NCBI GenBank assembly: GCA_035084275.1
Contig: JAYJKW010000187.1
Coordinates: 1 to 59,523 of the forward strand
Source of the DNA: Hydrolagus colliei
Lineage: Eukaryota
Direction of reading: 5' to 3'
DNA length: 59,523 nt
Shown piece after piece: positions 32,391 through 44,700 of this stretch. Within the stretch, counting starts at the first letter, position 1, and each line of letters starts with the position of its first letter. The position numbers were made by a program, and so were the translations under genes. The notes beneath the pieces were generated by a model. It had not been told where the DNA came from. It was given only the letters and a program-made list of their open reading frames with translations, and ran no database searches.

Positions 32391-35300
32391 ACCTTCTCTC
32401 TTGTTCTCCCCTCCTTTCCTTCTCTTTCCCTCCCACACTCTCTCTCTCTCCCTACCTCTCTGTCCTTCTCCCACCCCCACCAAAACAGCGTATAAACCCA
32501 CAATACAGTTAGGCTACACAGGCAATACATACATCAGGGAAAGAGAGGGAAAGCAAGAAAGCAAGAAAGCAAGAAATTGATTTTAAGGAATGTGAGCCAG
32601 AGCATTTGGACCAAATGGAGTGAGGTCTGTGTTTGTGAGTTTTGTTATTGTGTTTATAAAGACTTGATGTTACTGCTTTCCTTATTTCTAAAGGATGGTG
32701 TCTAACAGTTTATTTCAAGTCAATAAAATGTACATTGTGTTGATGTAAGAGACTCTACAATCAACGAAGAAGACCTAAATGTCAACATTCACAAAATCAG
32801 AAATGTGTGGCTTCAAGTTAACGTGACATTGTCCTGATGAATTGGAACTCTTGGTGCCTTCCAGTCTGCTTGGACGAGATCTTCAAGGGATTTTACGACA
32901 TAAAGGTGTCAAGAAAGGACGAGTGGTTGTCGAATGGAGTGAGGTCTTCACATATGGTGACAGAGGAACTCCAACTTCCTGAGATTAACATCCTGATAAA
33001 CCTTGGGGCCTCCCATGTGTGGAAAGCCGATTTGACTGATCAGTTCGGGAATGTGAATGAACAACTTTGATTGGCCTCTGGCTACACCTTATTTCATCAT
33101 CATGTGTCCGAACTTTGGGGTATAAAAGAATGAAACAAATGTTAACAATTTGGATACCACTGCGATACTGTTGAGACAGTATCAGTGAGATGATCCGTGT
33201 GGGTTCATGGCTCAATAATTAGCCCAAGGATTATTGGTGTGTTGGTGCCCTCAGGGAAGGTGGAGATCAACTGCCCTGAATCATCTTCTGCAGTTGTAAG
33301 CATGAGACTTGTAACTGTTTAGTAACTGTCTTTATGATTAATAAATTAACTCTTTTATTTATCACATTGCCTCTGTACTACCTTACCTCAGGGTCGTACC
33401 ACGTAAAAACCCTACAGAGAACTAGATGGACATGGTTTTTTATTCATGTAGCATTGCTTAACTTATATGATTACAGTTTTTTTACAATAGTTGTATCTCA
33501 CATTCTGTTATCAAGCATGAAATAGTAGCAAACACTATCATTTGTCTCAATGACGTGATACGATGCTGCAGCAAATGCAAGAATTATTTTTATAATAAAC
33601 TCAAAACAGGGACAGGGTAAGATGGTTGAAAGTGAGGTCAGAGAAGAATGTCGAGAGACAGACCTTGAAAGGAGGTGAGAGAAAAGGAAAGCTGAAGCGA
33701 CTTCAGGAAGGAGTTCTAGAGAGTGGGGGCTGAAAGCCAAGCCATGGATGGTGGTTTCGTGGTGCAGTGGACATGAAGCAAACAGAAACTTTTTCCCGCA
33801 AGTCCTAAAATCTTCCGCAGCTGGATTTTAAGGGTTCACCACATTCCTGCACCATCTTAGGTTTTAAGAGAAAATGTCTCACAGGCCCAGACAAGGTGGA
33901 ATTTAGGGTTTCTGTGGATCTATTATCCTGTATAGAACATGGGAGAAATGTAAAATACAAGATCACCAGAGCGTCAGTGAAGGAGAGGTTTTGATCATGA
34001 AAATCCTTCAGGCCATAAGATCAATGCTCAGCCTGCAGTCCTCCCATTTCACCATTGAGCTCAACAGTGACCTGTCACACTCTTTACACAACGCAATCCT
34101 GGAGGGTTGCAGGGACCTCGGTGTCTTTCCACCCCTACATGCTCACATACTCGCCATCTCCCTGCTCTACAATGTACTGTACCAAACCTCAGGCCAGCCA
34201 TGTGGTCTAGGCCTCTGGCCTCTTTGTTCCTCTCTTTGTTCCTCTCTACAGACCCAAAACACCTCGCTTACACATATTGCTGTCAGTTTATCGAATGCTC
34301 AACAACAACAACAAGAAAATGACACTTGTAAAGCGCCTTTCACGTCAGGAGGATGTCCCAAGGCGCTGGACAGTTACTGCTTCAGTCCCGAGCTGAGGAT
34401 GGGTGGTGGGGGAGGAAGGGGGGGATTAGGAGTTGCCGATGGGTCCATCGAAGATGAGAGTCTTGAGGTGAGACTTGAAGGAGACCAGGGAGTGGGTGAG
34501 GCAGAGGGACTGCAGGATGGAGTTCCAGAGGTTGGGGGCAGAGTGGCTGAAGGCTCGCCCACCAAAGGTGGGGTGGGTGGCTTGTGGTTGGGGGATGTAG
34601 AGCAGGTTAGAGCCTGCTGAGTGAAGGGAGGGGGCGGGCAGGTTGGTAAAGGGTAGGAGGTCACGGATGTAGGGTGGGACGAGGTTATGGAGGGCTTTAA
34701 TTATGAGGACCAGGATCTTGAATTGGATCCTCTAGATGATGGGGAGCCAATGGAGTCAGCGAGGATGGAGGAGATGGGGGTCATGGAGTTTGGAATGGTA
34801 GAGGCTGCAGAGCTCTGGATTATCTGCAGCCTGTAGAGGGAGGAATTGGAAAGGCCGACCAGCAGGGCATTTGCATAATTGAACTGGGATGCAATGAAGA
34901 CGTGGATGAAGGTTTCAGCGACTTTGGGGGTGAGGTAATGGCAGGGTCGGGCAATGTTGAGGCAATGGCGATGCCTTTCCCCATGTGGGGGAGGAAAGAT
35001 AGTTGAGGGTCGAACAAGACACCTAGGTTCCTGACTGGCTCAGTGAGATTGAGTGTGCAACCATGGAGGTTGATGCTGCTAGTCAAACAGTAGGTCCTCG
35101 GATCTTGTTTACATTCAACTGTAGAAAGTTAGCTCTCATCCAGGACTTGATGTCTGACAGTCAGTCTGTCAAGACAGTTGTAGTCCTGGAGCCGAGGGGG
35201 AAAGATAGAGTTGGGTGTCATCCGCATACATGTGGAAGTTAACCCAATGTCTGCGGATGATGTCACCAATTGGGAGCATTGTTGAAAAGGGGCCAAGGAC

Positions 35301-38300
35301 AGAGCCCTGGGGGACGCTACAGGTGATAGTACGGGGGCTGGAAGAGAAACTGTTGGTGGTGACAAAGTGTAGGCGATGAGAGAGTTAGGAGCCGAACCAG
35401 GGCAGGGCAGAACTTCCAGCCCACAAGCTTCCCTATCAGCCTGTCTGTCCCTCCGCTCAGCAGGCTCTGCATCCACCATCCCAGCATCGGGGGCCGGGCT
35501 TTCAGCCTCTCTGCTCCCACACTGTGGAACTCCATCCCACAATCCCTTCACCTCACTTCCTCTCTTTCCTCCTTCAAGGCCGGTCTCAAGACCTTCCTCT
35601 TCGACCGCGCGTTCTGCTCCCCTCCTAACTCTTCCCCCTCTCCTACTCTCCTTTCCCTTCCCCCTACCCCGACCTTTCCCCCCCTGCTTGGGTTCCGACC
35701 CGATTGTTCAGCGCCTTGGGATGTCCTCCCGACATGAAAGGTACTCTATAAATGCAATTTTGTTGTAGTTGTTCTCACAGTCTTCAAGGCACAGAAACAA
35801 TAAAGGATATGTATCTTGTCTGACGCAAGGTGGAAGATCAGAAGAAGCTGGTCAGCTTTTCATGGACATTACCTCTACTGCTGAAAGAACGCAACACAAA
35901 CAGGATTGTATTTGTATTTAATTCACAAAACGCATGGAGATTCACTCAATCCTTTAATTCAAACTTTACAAGTCACCCTCTTCCAAACCAATCTTTTCCA
36001 AACTCTCCTGGCAAACTATATAAAATGGTTCTGGGAAGTTACTGTTTTATACTAGCATCATCCGTATTCACTAAGGTCATTCATGCAATAAGCAACATCT
36101 CAACATCTTCCTTTTCATTTTTATTTTCTTTTTTCAATCTTGTTCTATTATTTTATTTCAAATTATATCAATGCACTTTACAGTATGTTCTATGAAGCGC
36201 TATCAAATGCCTAGAAGATGTGAAAAGCACTATCTCAAATGCAAGCATTATTATTATTATTTGTGGTCTTTTTGCTTCTCTTCCGCTTCTGGTTTTTCTC
36301 ACAGTTTCTGCTTTTCCTTTTCCTCTTGTTTTTATTGTTCTTTGTTTGATCTCCCATGACGTTCGTCTGTATTGCCTTTTTCATCTTTTTACCTAATAGG
36401 ATCTGGGGTTCTTATCTTTCCCCCCAATTTTTCCTTTGATCCCACCTTCCGTTTTTAGATTTCTCCTCCAAATCTTTTTTGAAAGTTTTTTTTCTTCAGT
36501 GGCTGTTGTCCTTGTTTCTCCAAATTTCTTTCCCATTTCTACGTAACTTTCCCATTTTTATTGTGCCTTCCAATCCTAATAAAGTATCAGCTTTTATTTT
36601 TATTCTACTTTGTCTCCCTGTCCACTTTCTCCATTTTTTCTTTATTTGGATTTCCCAATTTGATATATTCTTCCCATGCCATTACACTGGCCTGTGTTAC
36701 TGCATCTAATTTGCACTGAATTAAGTTCCTTCCTTCTATACACCATAAAGATACCATCCATTCATTTTTCTCTTCCACTGCTTCAATTTTGTACTCATCA
36801 TTGTGCTTTTCAATCCTTATTGACTCTCGTAGACAGTTTCCCTCCAGGTTCCATTTTCACTTCTACACCACGTAATGTTATTGAATCCACAAAACGCAAA
36901 GTAGATTCACTCAGTCCTTTAATTCAAACTTTACAAGTCAACCTCTTTCAAATCAACCTCTTTCAAACCCTCTTTCAAATCCGCAAGTCGCTCTTTCCAG
37001 AATCCTTTTATACTTGCATCATCCATATTCAATTGTCACGTACGTCATCAAGCAATATGCAACGAGGATGCTGGGCTATATTCTTAAAATGATTTTAGAT
37101 ACCCAAATGTCATACAAAGGATATAGAGTCAACTAATATCCAGAGTATTGCAATAGTAACCCTGGGAGGCACTCTGAAACGCCGTCCAGCATGGAGAGCA
37201 CTATATAAATCCAAGTTGTTGTTGGCTCTCTGTGGGAAATCGTAACCCTGACTGTGTGTGTGGGCAATAGTAACTGTGCTGCTTTTGAAGCGACTGAATA
37301 AAATACTTTATGAAAGTGCCATTCAATCCTCTGGGTTAATGTGTTTGCAAACAGCAGCCACAAAATGACATTTGTATAGTGCCTTTCACGACGAGATGAC
37401 GTCCCAAGGCCCGGACAGTCAGTGCTTTGGACACGAGTTAGCGCGGGATCGGGCAGGGCAGGGTGGGGCGGCGGGAGGTGGGGAAGGAGGAGGTTGATCG
37501 AAGGCATAGTTGAAGAAAAGGGTGCTGAAATACGCCAACAAAGTATACAGTCAATTCGCTTTATAGCATACAAAACACAACATTTCAGACTTTTCAGACT
37601 TACAGTCACTAGTGCAAGTTTGAAAGAAATTACTAATAACATTCCTTGTATTTGATATAGTGCTATTCATGTCTACTCACGTCAAAGCGCTTCACAGAGT
37701 ATACTGTAAAGTGATTTGACTGTGTATATTTGTGGGCAAACCCCCATCCTCCTTCATTGCCTCTCCTCTCAGCTCAATATTCATGGACCTGCCCTTGCCT
37801 GCTTCGACTTTTACGTTTCTCACTGTCTCCATTTTGTCACCACCAATGGCTTCTCCTCCAGCCCCCACACTGTCGGCTGTGGTGTCCCCCAGGGCTCTGT
37901 CCTTGGCCACTATTCTCAATATCTACATGCTCCCCTTTGGGGATATCATCCACAGATATCGGGTCAACTTCCACATCTACGCGGATGACACCCAACTCTA
38001 TCTTTCTGCTCCTACCATCGATTCCAGGACCACTGCTGTCCTGGGAGACTGCCTGGATGAGAGCTAACTTTCTACAGTTTAATGTTAAGAAGATCAAGGG
38101 CCTCCCGATTGGCTTGCTCCAGCACTTTCACTCATCAGGCACTGGCAGCATCAACCTCCATGGTTGCACTCCACCTCACCAAGCCAGTCAGGAACCTAAA
38201 AGTTATTTTAAAACGTACCATATTAATAATAGACTAAACAATAACAGAATATTGTATGGATATGCACAAATAAAGCATTCCAGCACACTCGGTAAAATGA

Positions 38301-41300
38301 TCGGTAAAAAAGCATTCCAGGGTTCGGTAAGCAGGAACGGCGCAAGGGTATTTGGCGCCCTAGGCGAGTCTTCAGATGTGAGGCCCCACATCTCCTGCCC
38401 TCTACCACATCTTTGTGCAAAAAGTGAGTGTCCTGGATGGATACGGTATGAGATCCGGTTGCTGGAATAGTGAATTGTATTGGGAAATACCGGTTGCTGG
38501 AGCGAAAGGCTTTTAATGACTAACAGAGAGGGGGAATCAGGGCAAGGAAGAGAAAAGAGAAAGTGGGGTAGGCAGCAGGAGATGATGGGTTAAAGAAGTG
38601 TTAATGTTGTGAAACAAAAGGGGAAATTGCAACAAAACTGGAGAGAAGAGGTGCTAATAACAGCCTCCTCCATAGACGGCAGAACTCTGCAGTCCTTGTT
38701 GTCCACCACTCCAAGCTCCATGATCCCATCTGCCCCATTCTCGTCTGACTCCATTGGCTCCCCATCACTCAACAGATTGAATCCAAGATCCTGGTCCTCA
38801 CCTTCAAAACCCTCCAGAGCCTTGCCCCACCCTACCTCTATGACCTTCTAACACCCTCCCAGCCTGCCCGCTCCCTCCACTCAGCAGGCTCCGGCCTACT
38901 CCTTGTCCCCTGACCCACTTGCCCCACCATCGGCGGGTGTGCCTTCAGCCACTCTGCCCTTAACCTCTGGAATTCCATCCCACAGTCCCTCCACCTTGTA
39001 CCCTCTCTGGCCTGCTTCAAGTCCCGCATCATACCCTCCTCTTCGATGGTCCCATCAGTCACTTCCTTTCCCTCCACCCTCCCTGACCCCGACCCCAGCT
39101 TGTGTCTGCAACATTGACTGTCCGGCAGCTTGGGACGTCCACTCGGTGTGAAAGTCGCTATTCAAGTGTAATCTTGTTGTTGTTGTTGTAAATAGTAGAG
39201 TAAGGAAACTTGCCTAAAGGGAATCAAACCCTGGTCCTCTCACTTGTCAAGTGTCCTAACCACTATGCTATAGGGTCCCCCCCATTATGTTTACATAGCC
39301 GTAATTCCTGTGAGAAGAGGGGTGTCACGTAATGTGTGGAGGTTCTTCAAGGAGATGGGTTGAGTGGAGGCTGTGTAATTTTTGTGTATTAGAGGTGGTG
39401 CCCCGACTGACAGCAGCGGTCACTGGGACAGGCTCCACAGCCACAGTTGGTTTTCTCTGGGACACAGAAAGTTATGTTGGGGTTTGGGGGGATGGTCTTG
39501 GAATTGAAACATCTGAGCAGAAGACATTGTAGCATCACAAGATGTCAGTACTTCCTGCAGCTGAATGACAAGAGGAAGCAGTAATGTTTATCAGTTGACC
39601 ACAATGTGGAAGTTTCAAAAGCTTTTGAGTAAATATACTGCCCCTCCCCTCGTGGATCCTCCCCTCAATACATCCCAACATTACCAGGCGAGCTTTCATC
39701 CTCTCTGCCTCTATCCTCCGGAAATCTCTTTCCAAATGCCCACAACAAATAACAACAACTCAATGACAATTGTATAGCACCTTTCATGTCAGGAGGACGT
39801 CCCAAGGCGCTGGACAGTCAATGTTTCAGATCTGAGCTGGTGTCGGGAATGGGGAGGGTGGTGGGAAAGTGGGGGATTTGAGATGACCAATGAGACTGTG
39901 GAAGAGGAGGGTCTAGAGATGGAACTTGAAGGAGGCTAGGGAGGGGGTGAGATGGAAAAGGGAATGTGGGATGGAATTCCAGAGGTTATGGACAGAGAGG
40001 CTGTAGGCTTGCCCACCGATGGTGGGTTGGGTGGGTCAGGGGGCTTGGAGCATGCCGGAGCCTACTGGGTGGAGGGGGCAGGAGTGTCGTTAGGTGGTTA
40101 AGAAGTTACAGAGGTAGGGGCGAGGTCATGGATTGCTTTGAATGCGTGGACTAGGATCTTGAATTGAATCCTCCAGGCAATGGTGAGGAGCTAATGGAGT
40201 CAAGTGAGAATTGGGGAGTTGGGGACCCAAAGTTTAGAGTGGTGGAGGACATGGGCTGCAGAGTTCTGGATTGATTATCTGCAACCTGTGGAGGGATGAA
40301 TTGGGAAAGCCTACAAGCGGGGTGATGCTGTAGTCGAGCCTGGATATGATGAATAATTGAATGAGGGTTTCAGTGGCCTGAGGGGTGAGGTGGTAGTGGA
40401 GTCGGGCAATATTGCAGTGGTGAAGGAAGGCAGTGTGGATCATGGCTTGGATGTGGGGGAGGAAAGTCAGTTGAGGATCAAACAAAACACCAAGGTTCTT
40501 GACTGGCTTGGTGAGGTGGAGTGTGAAACCTTAGAGGTTGATGCTGCCAGTGCCTGTGAAGCACTGACTGAGTGAGCCAGTCAGAAGGGTGTCTGTCTTG
40601 TTGACATTCAACTGTAGAAAGTTAGCTCTCATCCAGCACTTCATGTCTCACAGACAATCTGTCAGGACAGCAGTGGTCCTGGAATTGAGGGAAGCGGCAG
40701 AAAGATAGAGTCGGGTGTCGTCCGCGTACATGTGGTAGTCGACCCCATGTTTGCGGATGATATCCCCAAAGGGTAACATGTAGATGTTGAAAAGTAGGGG
40801 TCAAGGAGAGAGCCAATCGGGGATGCCACAAGTGACAGTGTGGGGGTTGGAGGAGAAGACATTGGGGGCAGCAAAGTGGAGATGGTGATTAGGTAGGAGT
40901 CAAACCAGGTGAGGACTAGTCCATGAAGATTGAGCTGGGAGGAGAGGCAGTGTAGGAGGATGGAGTGATTGACATCCATATCTCCTCACTCTCCGTGAGG
41001 TGGAAGGATTTGGGAATAGACAACATTCCTGTCAACCTCCCAGCTGAGACTCTCACCCAGTCCGTTGTGGAGTACATTGAGATGCTGTCTCTGTGTGACA
41101 TGCACATGGAAACAGAGCTGGCTGGTGACTGCTCTCAGGATAGACTGGATAGGTTGGGCATTTATTCCCCAGAGACGAGAGGTTTAAAAGGGGAACCAAA
41201 TAAATCAATAGTTTGAAATCATAAAATAATTCAATAACTAATTATTAGCATAATTCTGAATAGGCTGTTGTCACTGGTTGGGGAACTTTAAACAAGGGAC

Positions 41301-41639
41301 ACAAGCATAAGATTGCGGATGATTCACAGTTCCAGTCAAATCCATTGGCTTGGATGGAAGCCGGGTTTGAAGAACTATCCACAACTCAGTGCTATCTTCG
41401 CTTTGACAGTAAGGTTGTCTCTCAGGCAACCTTATGATGAGAGTTGGACTTTGGCAGTGACACAGAACAAGGGCTGAGGGAACAACTTCTTCACCGTGGT
41501 TTTAAACCCACACACCACTCGCTGGCCGGCTGGCCGGCTGGCTGGGTGATGTATCAGCAGCTGTGATCAGAAAAAGATATAATATTCTTCAGCGCAGTGT
41601 GATCATGGCTGTGAGTGGCTCTCATTGAGGAGGGAATGA

Positions 41640-41723
41640 AGAACTTCCTATTTCTTAATGTGGAGAGAAAGAGGAAGACATTTTCAGTTGAGCGTTGGGA
41701 GACACTCTCGTTAGTCACCGACG
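41640..41723 (+). promoter_or_regulatory. Putative proximal promoter/5' UTR with ETS (GGAA) motifs; mirror at 25706-25790
   Basis: acttcct at 41643 and aaagaggaag near 41668-41677 just upstream of the ATG; no obvious TATA box. Confidence 0.3.
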
Positions 41724-41784
41724 ATGCTGCCTCTCTGTGTTTGGTTTGCCAGCTTCCTCCTGTGGGGCACAGCACAGGCCTATG
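41724..41784 (+). CDS. Gene 2 exon 1: signal peptide
   Basis: ATG CTG CCT CTC ... GCC TAT G|gtatgt; identical to gene 1 exon 1. Confidence 0.85.
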
Positions 41785-44700
41785 GTATGTACTCCCTCCC
41801 CATTGTTACACTACTGTGGTCTCTGAGCGAGCGGTCAGTGAGGGGCAGGCGTTCTGGAAGATGGGATCAAGCAATGCCTCCTCGGGGGTTGGGGTGAAAG
41901 GGCTTTGAGATGTCACAATGATGTGTTGAGGCGTTATATCAAATGCAATGATTATTAATTATGTATTATAGCTGGTTCCCAGGTGACGCTTAACAAGGGA
42001 GCTCACCCTCTGTGACAATCTCTAAGCCGATTCCTGAGCCAGCCAAGTCCACACTCCTCCACTGCACTGCTGATGACAGCCCAGCCCAGCCTGGCTCATG
42101 GGCAGGACCTGGAAGGGCAGAACGGTCAGTGTGAGCAGGGAGTCAAACCACTGAGTTCCTGTTAACCCGACAAGCCAGAGCCCTAATGGTCAGGGTGATC
42201 CTAGCTTGACAATTAGAAAGCTTGAAAGTTAGAGGTCAATGGCAAGCTGCGTGGTTTTAGATGGTTTTAGATTCCAGCGGTTACCCCCAAAGCTCTGGGG
42301 TCACCAAGCATTGGGGTCCCCAAACTGTGCCTCATACTCTCCAGAATTCAGTAAAATAGGATCCTCCAGGGAGAGACTGCGGATTCCACTTCATAAGAAC
42401 ATAAGAATTAGGAGCAGGAGTAGGCCATTCAGTCCTGCGTGCCCGCTCTGCCTTTCAATAAGATCATGGCTGATCTTCTCACCTAACTCTGATTACCTGC
42501 CCTATGCCCATATCCCCTAATCCCTCTATTTTTAAAAAATCTGTCTGTCTCAGCCTTGAAAATGTTCAAGGACTGAGCATCTACAGCCTTCTGGGTTAGT
42601 GAATTCCATAAATTCACTACCCTCTGAGTGAAGAAATGTTTCCTCAACTCTGTTCTAAAAGGCTGACCCTTAATTTTAAGACTGTGACCCCTGGTTATAG
42701 ATTCTCCTACCAGGGGAAACAGTTCCTCAGTGCCTACTTTATCTAGCCCTTGAAGAATCTTATATGTTTCAATAAGATCCCCCCTAATTCTTCTGTACTT
42801 GAGGCTAGAGAATACAGCCCTAGTTTATTCAACCTATCCTCATAGGTCAGTCCACTCATCCCAGGAACTAACCTAGTGAATCTACGCTGCCCCCCCTCTA
42901 AGGCAAGTATGTCCTTCATTAAATAAGGAGACAAAACTGCACACAATACTCTCGGTGCGGTCTCACCAGAGCCCTATATAGTTGCAGCAAGACTTGCCTA
43001 CTCTTATACTCTAAACCTTTTGAAATGAACGCTAGCATGCCGTTCCCCTTCTTAGTTGCTTGCTGCACCTGCAAACTAACTGTTTGGGACTGGTGTACAA
43101 GGACACCCAAATCCCTTTGAATACTAACACTATCTAACTTCTCCCCCTCTAGAAAATAATCTATTCTTTTATTCTTGCTACCTAGGTGAATAATTTCACA
43201 CTTGCTAACATTGAATTCCATCTGCCACCTACTTGCCCACTCCCGTAACCTATCTATATCTTGTTGCAATCTTTTTGCATCATCCTCAGAGCTCACTCAC
43301 CTACCTAGTTTTGTGTCATCCACGAATTTAGACACATTATATTCAATGTCCTCGTCCAGATCATTGATGTAAATAGTAAATAGCTGAGGCCCAAGCACTG
43401 ATCCTTGTGGCTCACCACTAGTTACATCTTGCCAATTTGAGAATGATCCGTTCATCGCTACTCTCTGTTTCTACTCGATAGCCACTCTTCTATCCATGTT
43501 AATATTTTCCCATTAATCCCATTGGCCTTAATCTTGAGTAACAGCCTTTTGTGTGGCACCTTGTCAAATGCCTTCCTAAAATCCAAATATACCACATCTA
43601 CTGGTTCCCCCTTATCCAACCTGCTGGATACATCCTCAAAAAATTCTAAAAGATTAGTCAAGCATGACTTCCCTTTTGTAAAGCCATGTTGACTCTGCCT
43701 AATCTTTTTATGGTCTTCAAGGTATCCCATAACTACGTCTTTTATTAAGGACTCAAGAATTTTCCCTACAACTGGTGTCAGACTAACTGGTCTATAGTTT
43801 CCCATATTTTCTCTCCCACCCTTCTTAAATAGTGGAGTTACGTTTGCAATCTTCCAATCAATGGGGACTTTTCCAGTATCCACAGAATTTTGGAAGATTA
43901 TAGACATTCAAACATCGGGAAGTTTCATACTTATACAGCACTTCATACTTCTACTTATAAGAATTCTCATACTTATACAGCACAGAAGGAAGCCATTTGG
44001 CCATCGTGTCTATGCCGGCTCTTTGGAAAGAGCTGTCCAAATCAATCCCACTCCCTGCTCTCTCTCTCTCTCTCTCCTCATAGCCCTGGAAACCTGTCCT
44101 CCCCAAATATCCATCTACTTCTCCCTTGTTCTTTCCTTGTTCACCCTACATGTGACAGCTCCCTCTGCCCTCCTCCAGCCTGTAACTCACTCCCTGTGGG
44201 TGAGGGATTTATTCTCGATTTAAACCCCTGAACCCCTTGGATTAGTTTCCACCAGACTGGCTGCCCTCCTGTCTCTGCGGGAATCTGTGAGTTTATACAA
44301 ACGGCAGCATATGAGACATTGCCTGACTTTAATGCAGTGAACGTTTGTGTTTCTGTATGTGTGGGGGACATGTTTCTGCATGGGTCTCTGTATGTTTTTG
44401 TGTGTTGGGCGTCTGTGTATGTTTGTTTGTGTGTGTCTTGGGTGTCTGTATATGTTTGTTTGTGTGTTGCATGTCTGTCTCTGTATATGTTGGTGTCTGT
44501 ATATTTGTTTGCTTTGGGTGTCTGCGTATCTGCGTGTATGTTTGCATGTGTTGTGTGTCTATATCACTCAATGTCTCAGTACCTTGGCACGTCCTCCTGA
44601 CGCGAGAGGTGCTATACACCTGTACTTTTGTTGTTGTTGTTGTTGTATGTGTCTTGTGTGTCTGTGTACGTTTATGTCAATGTTGCCTGTCTGGTATGTT

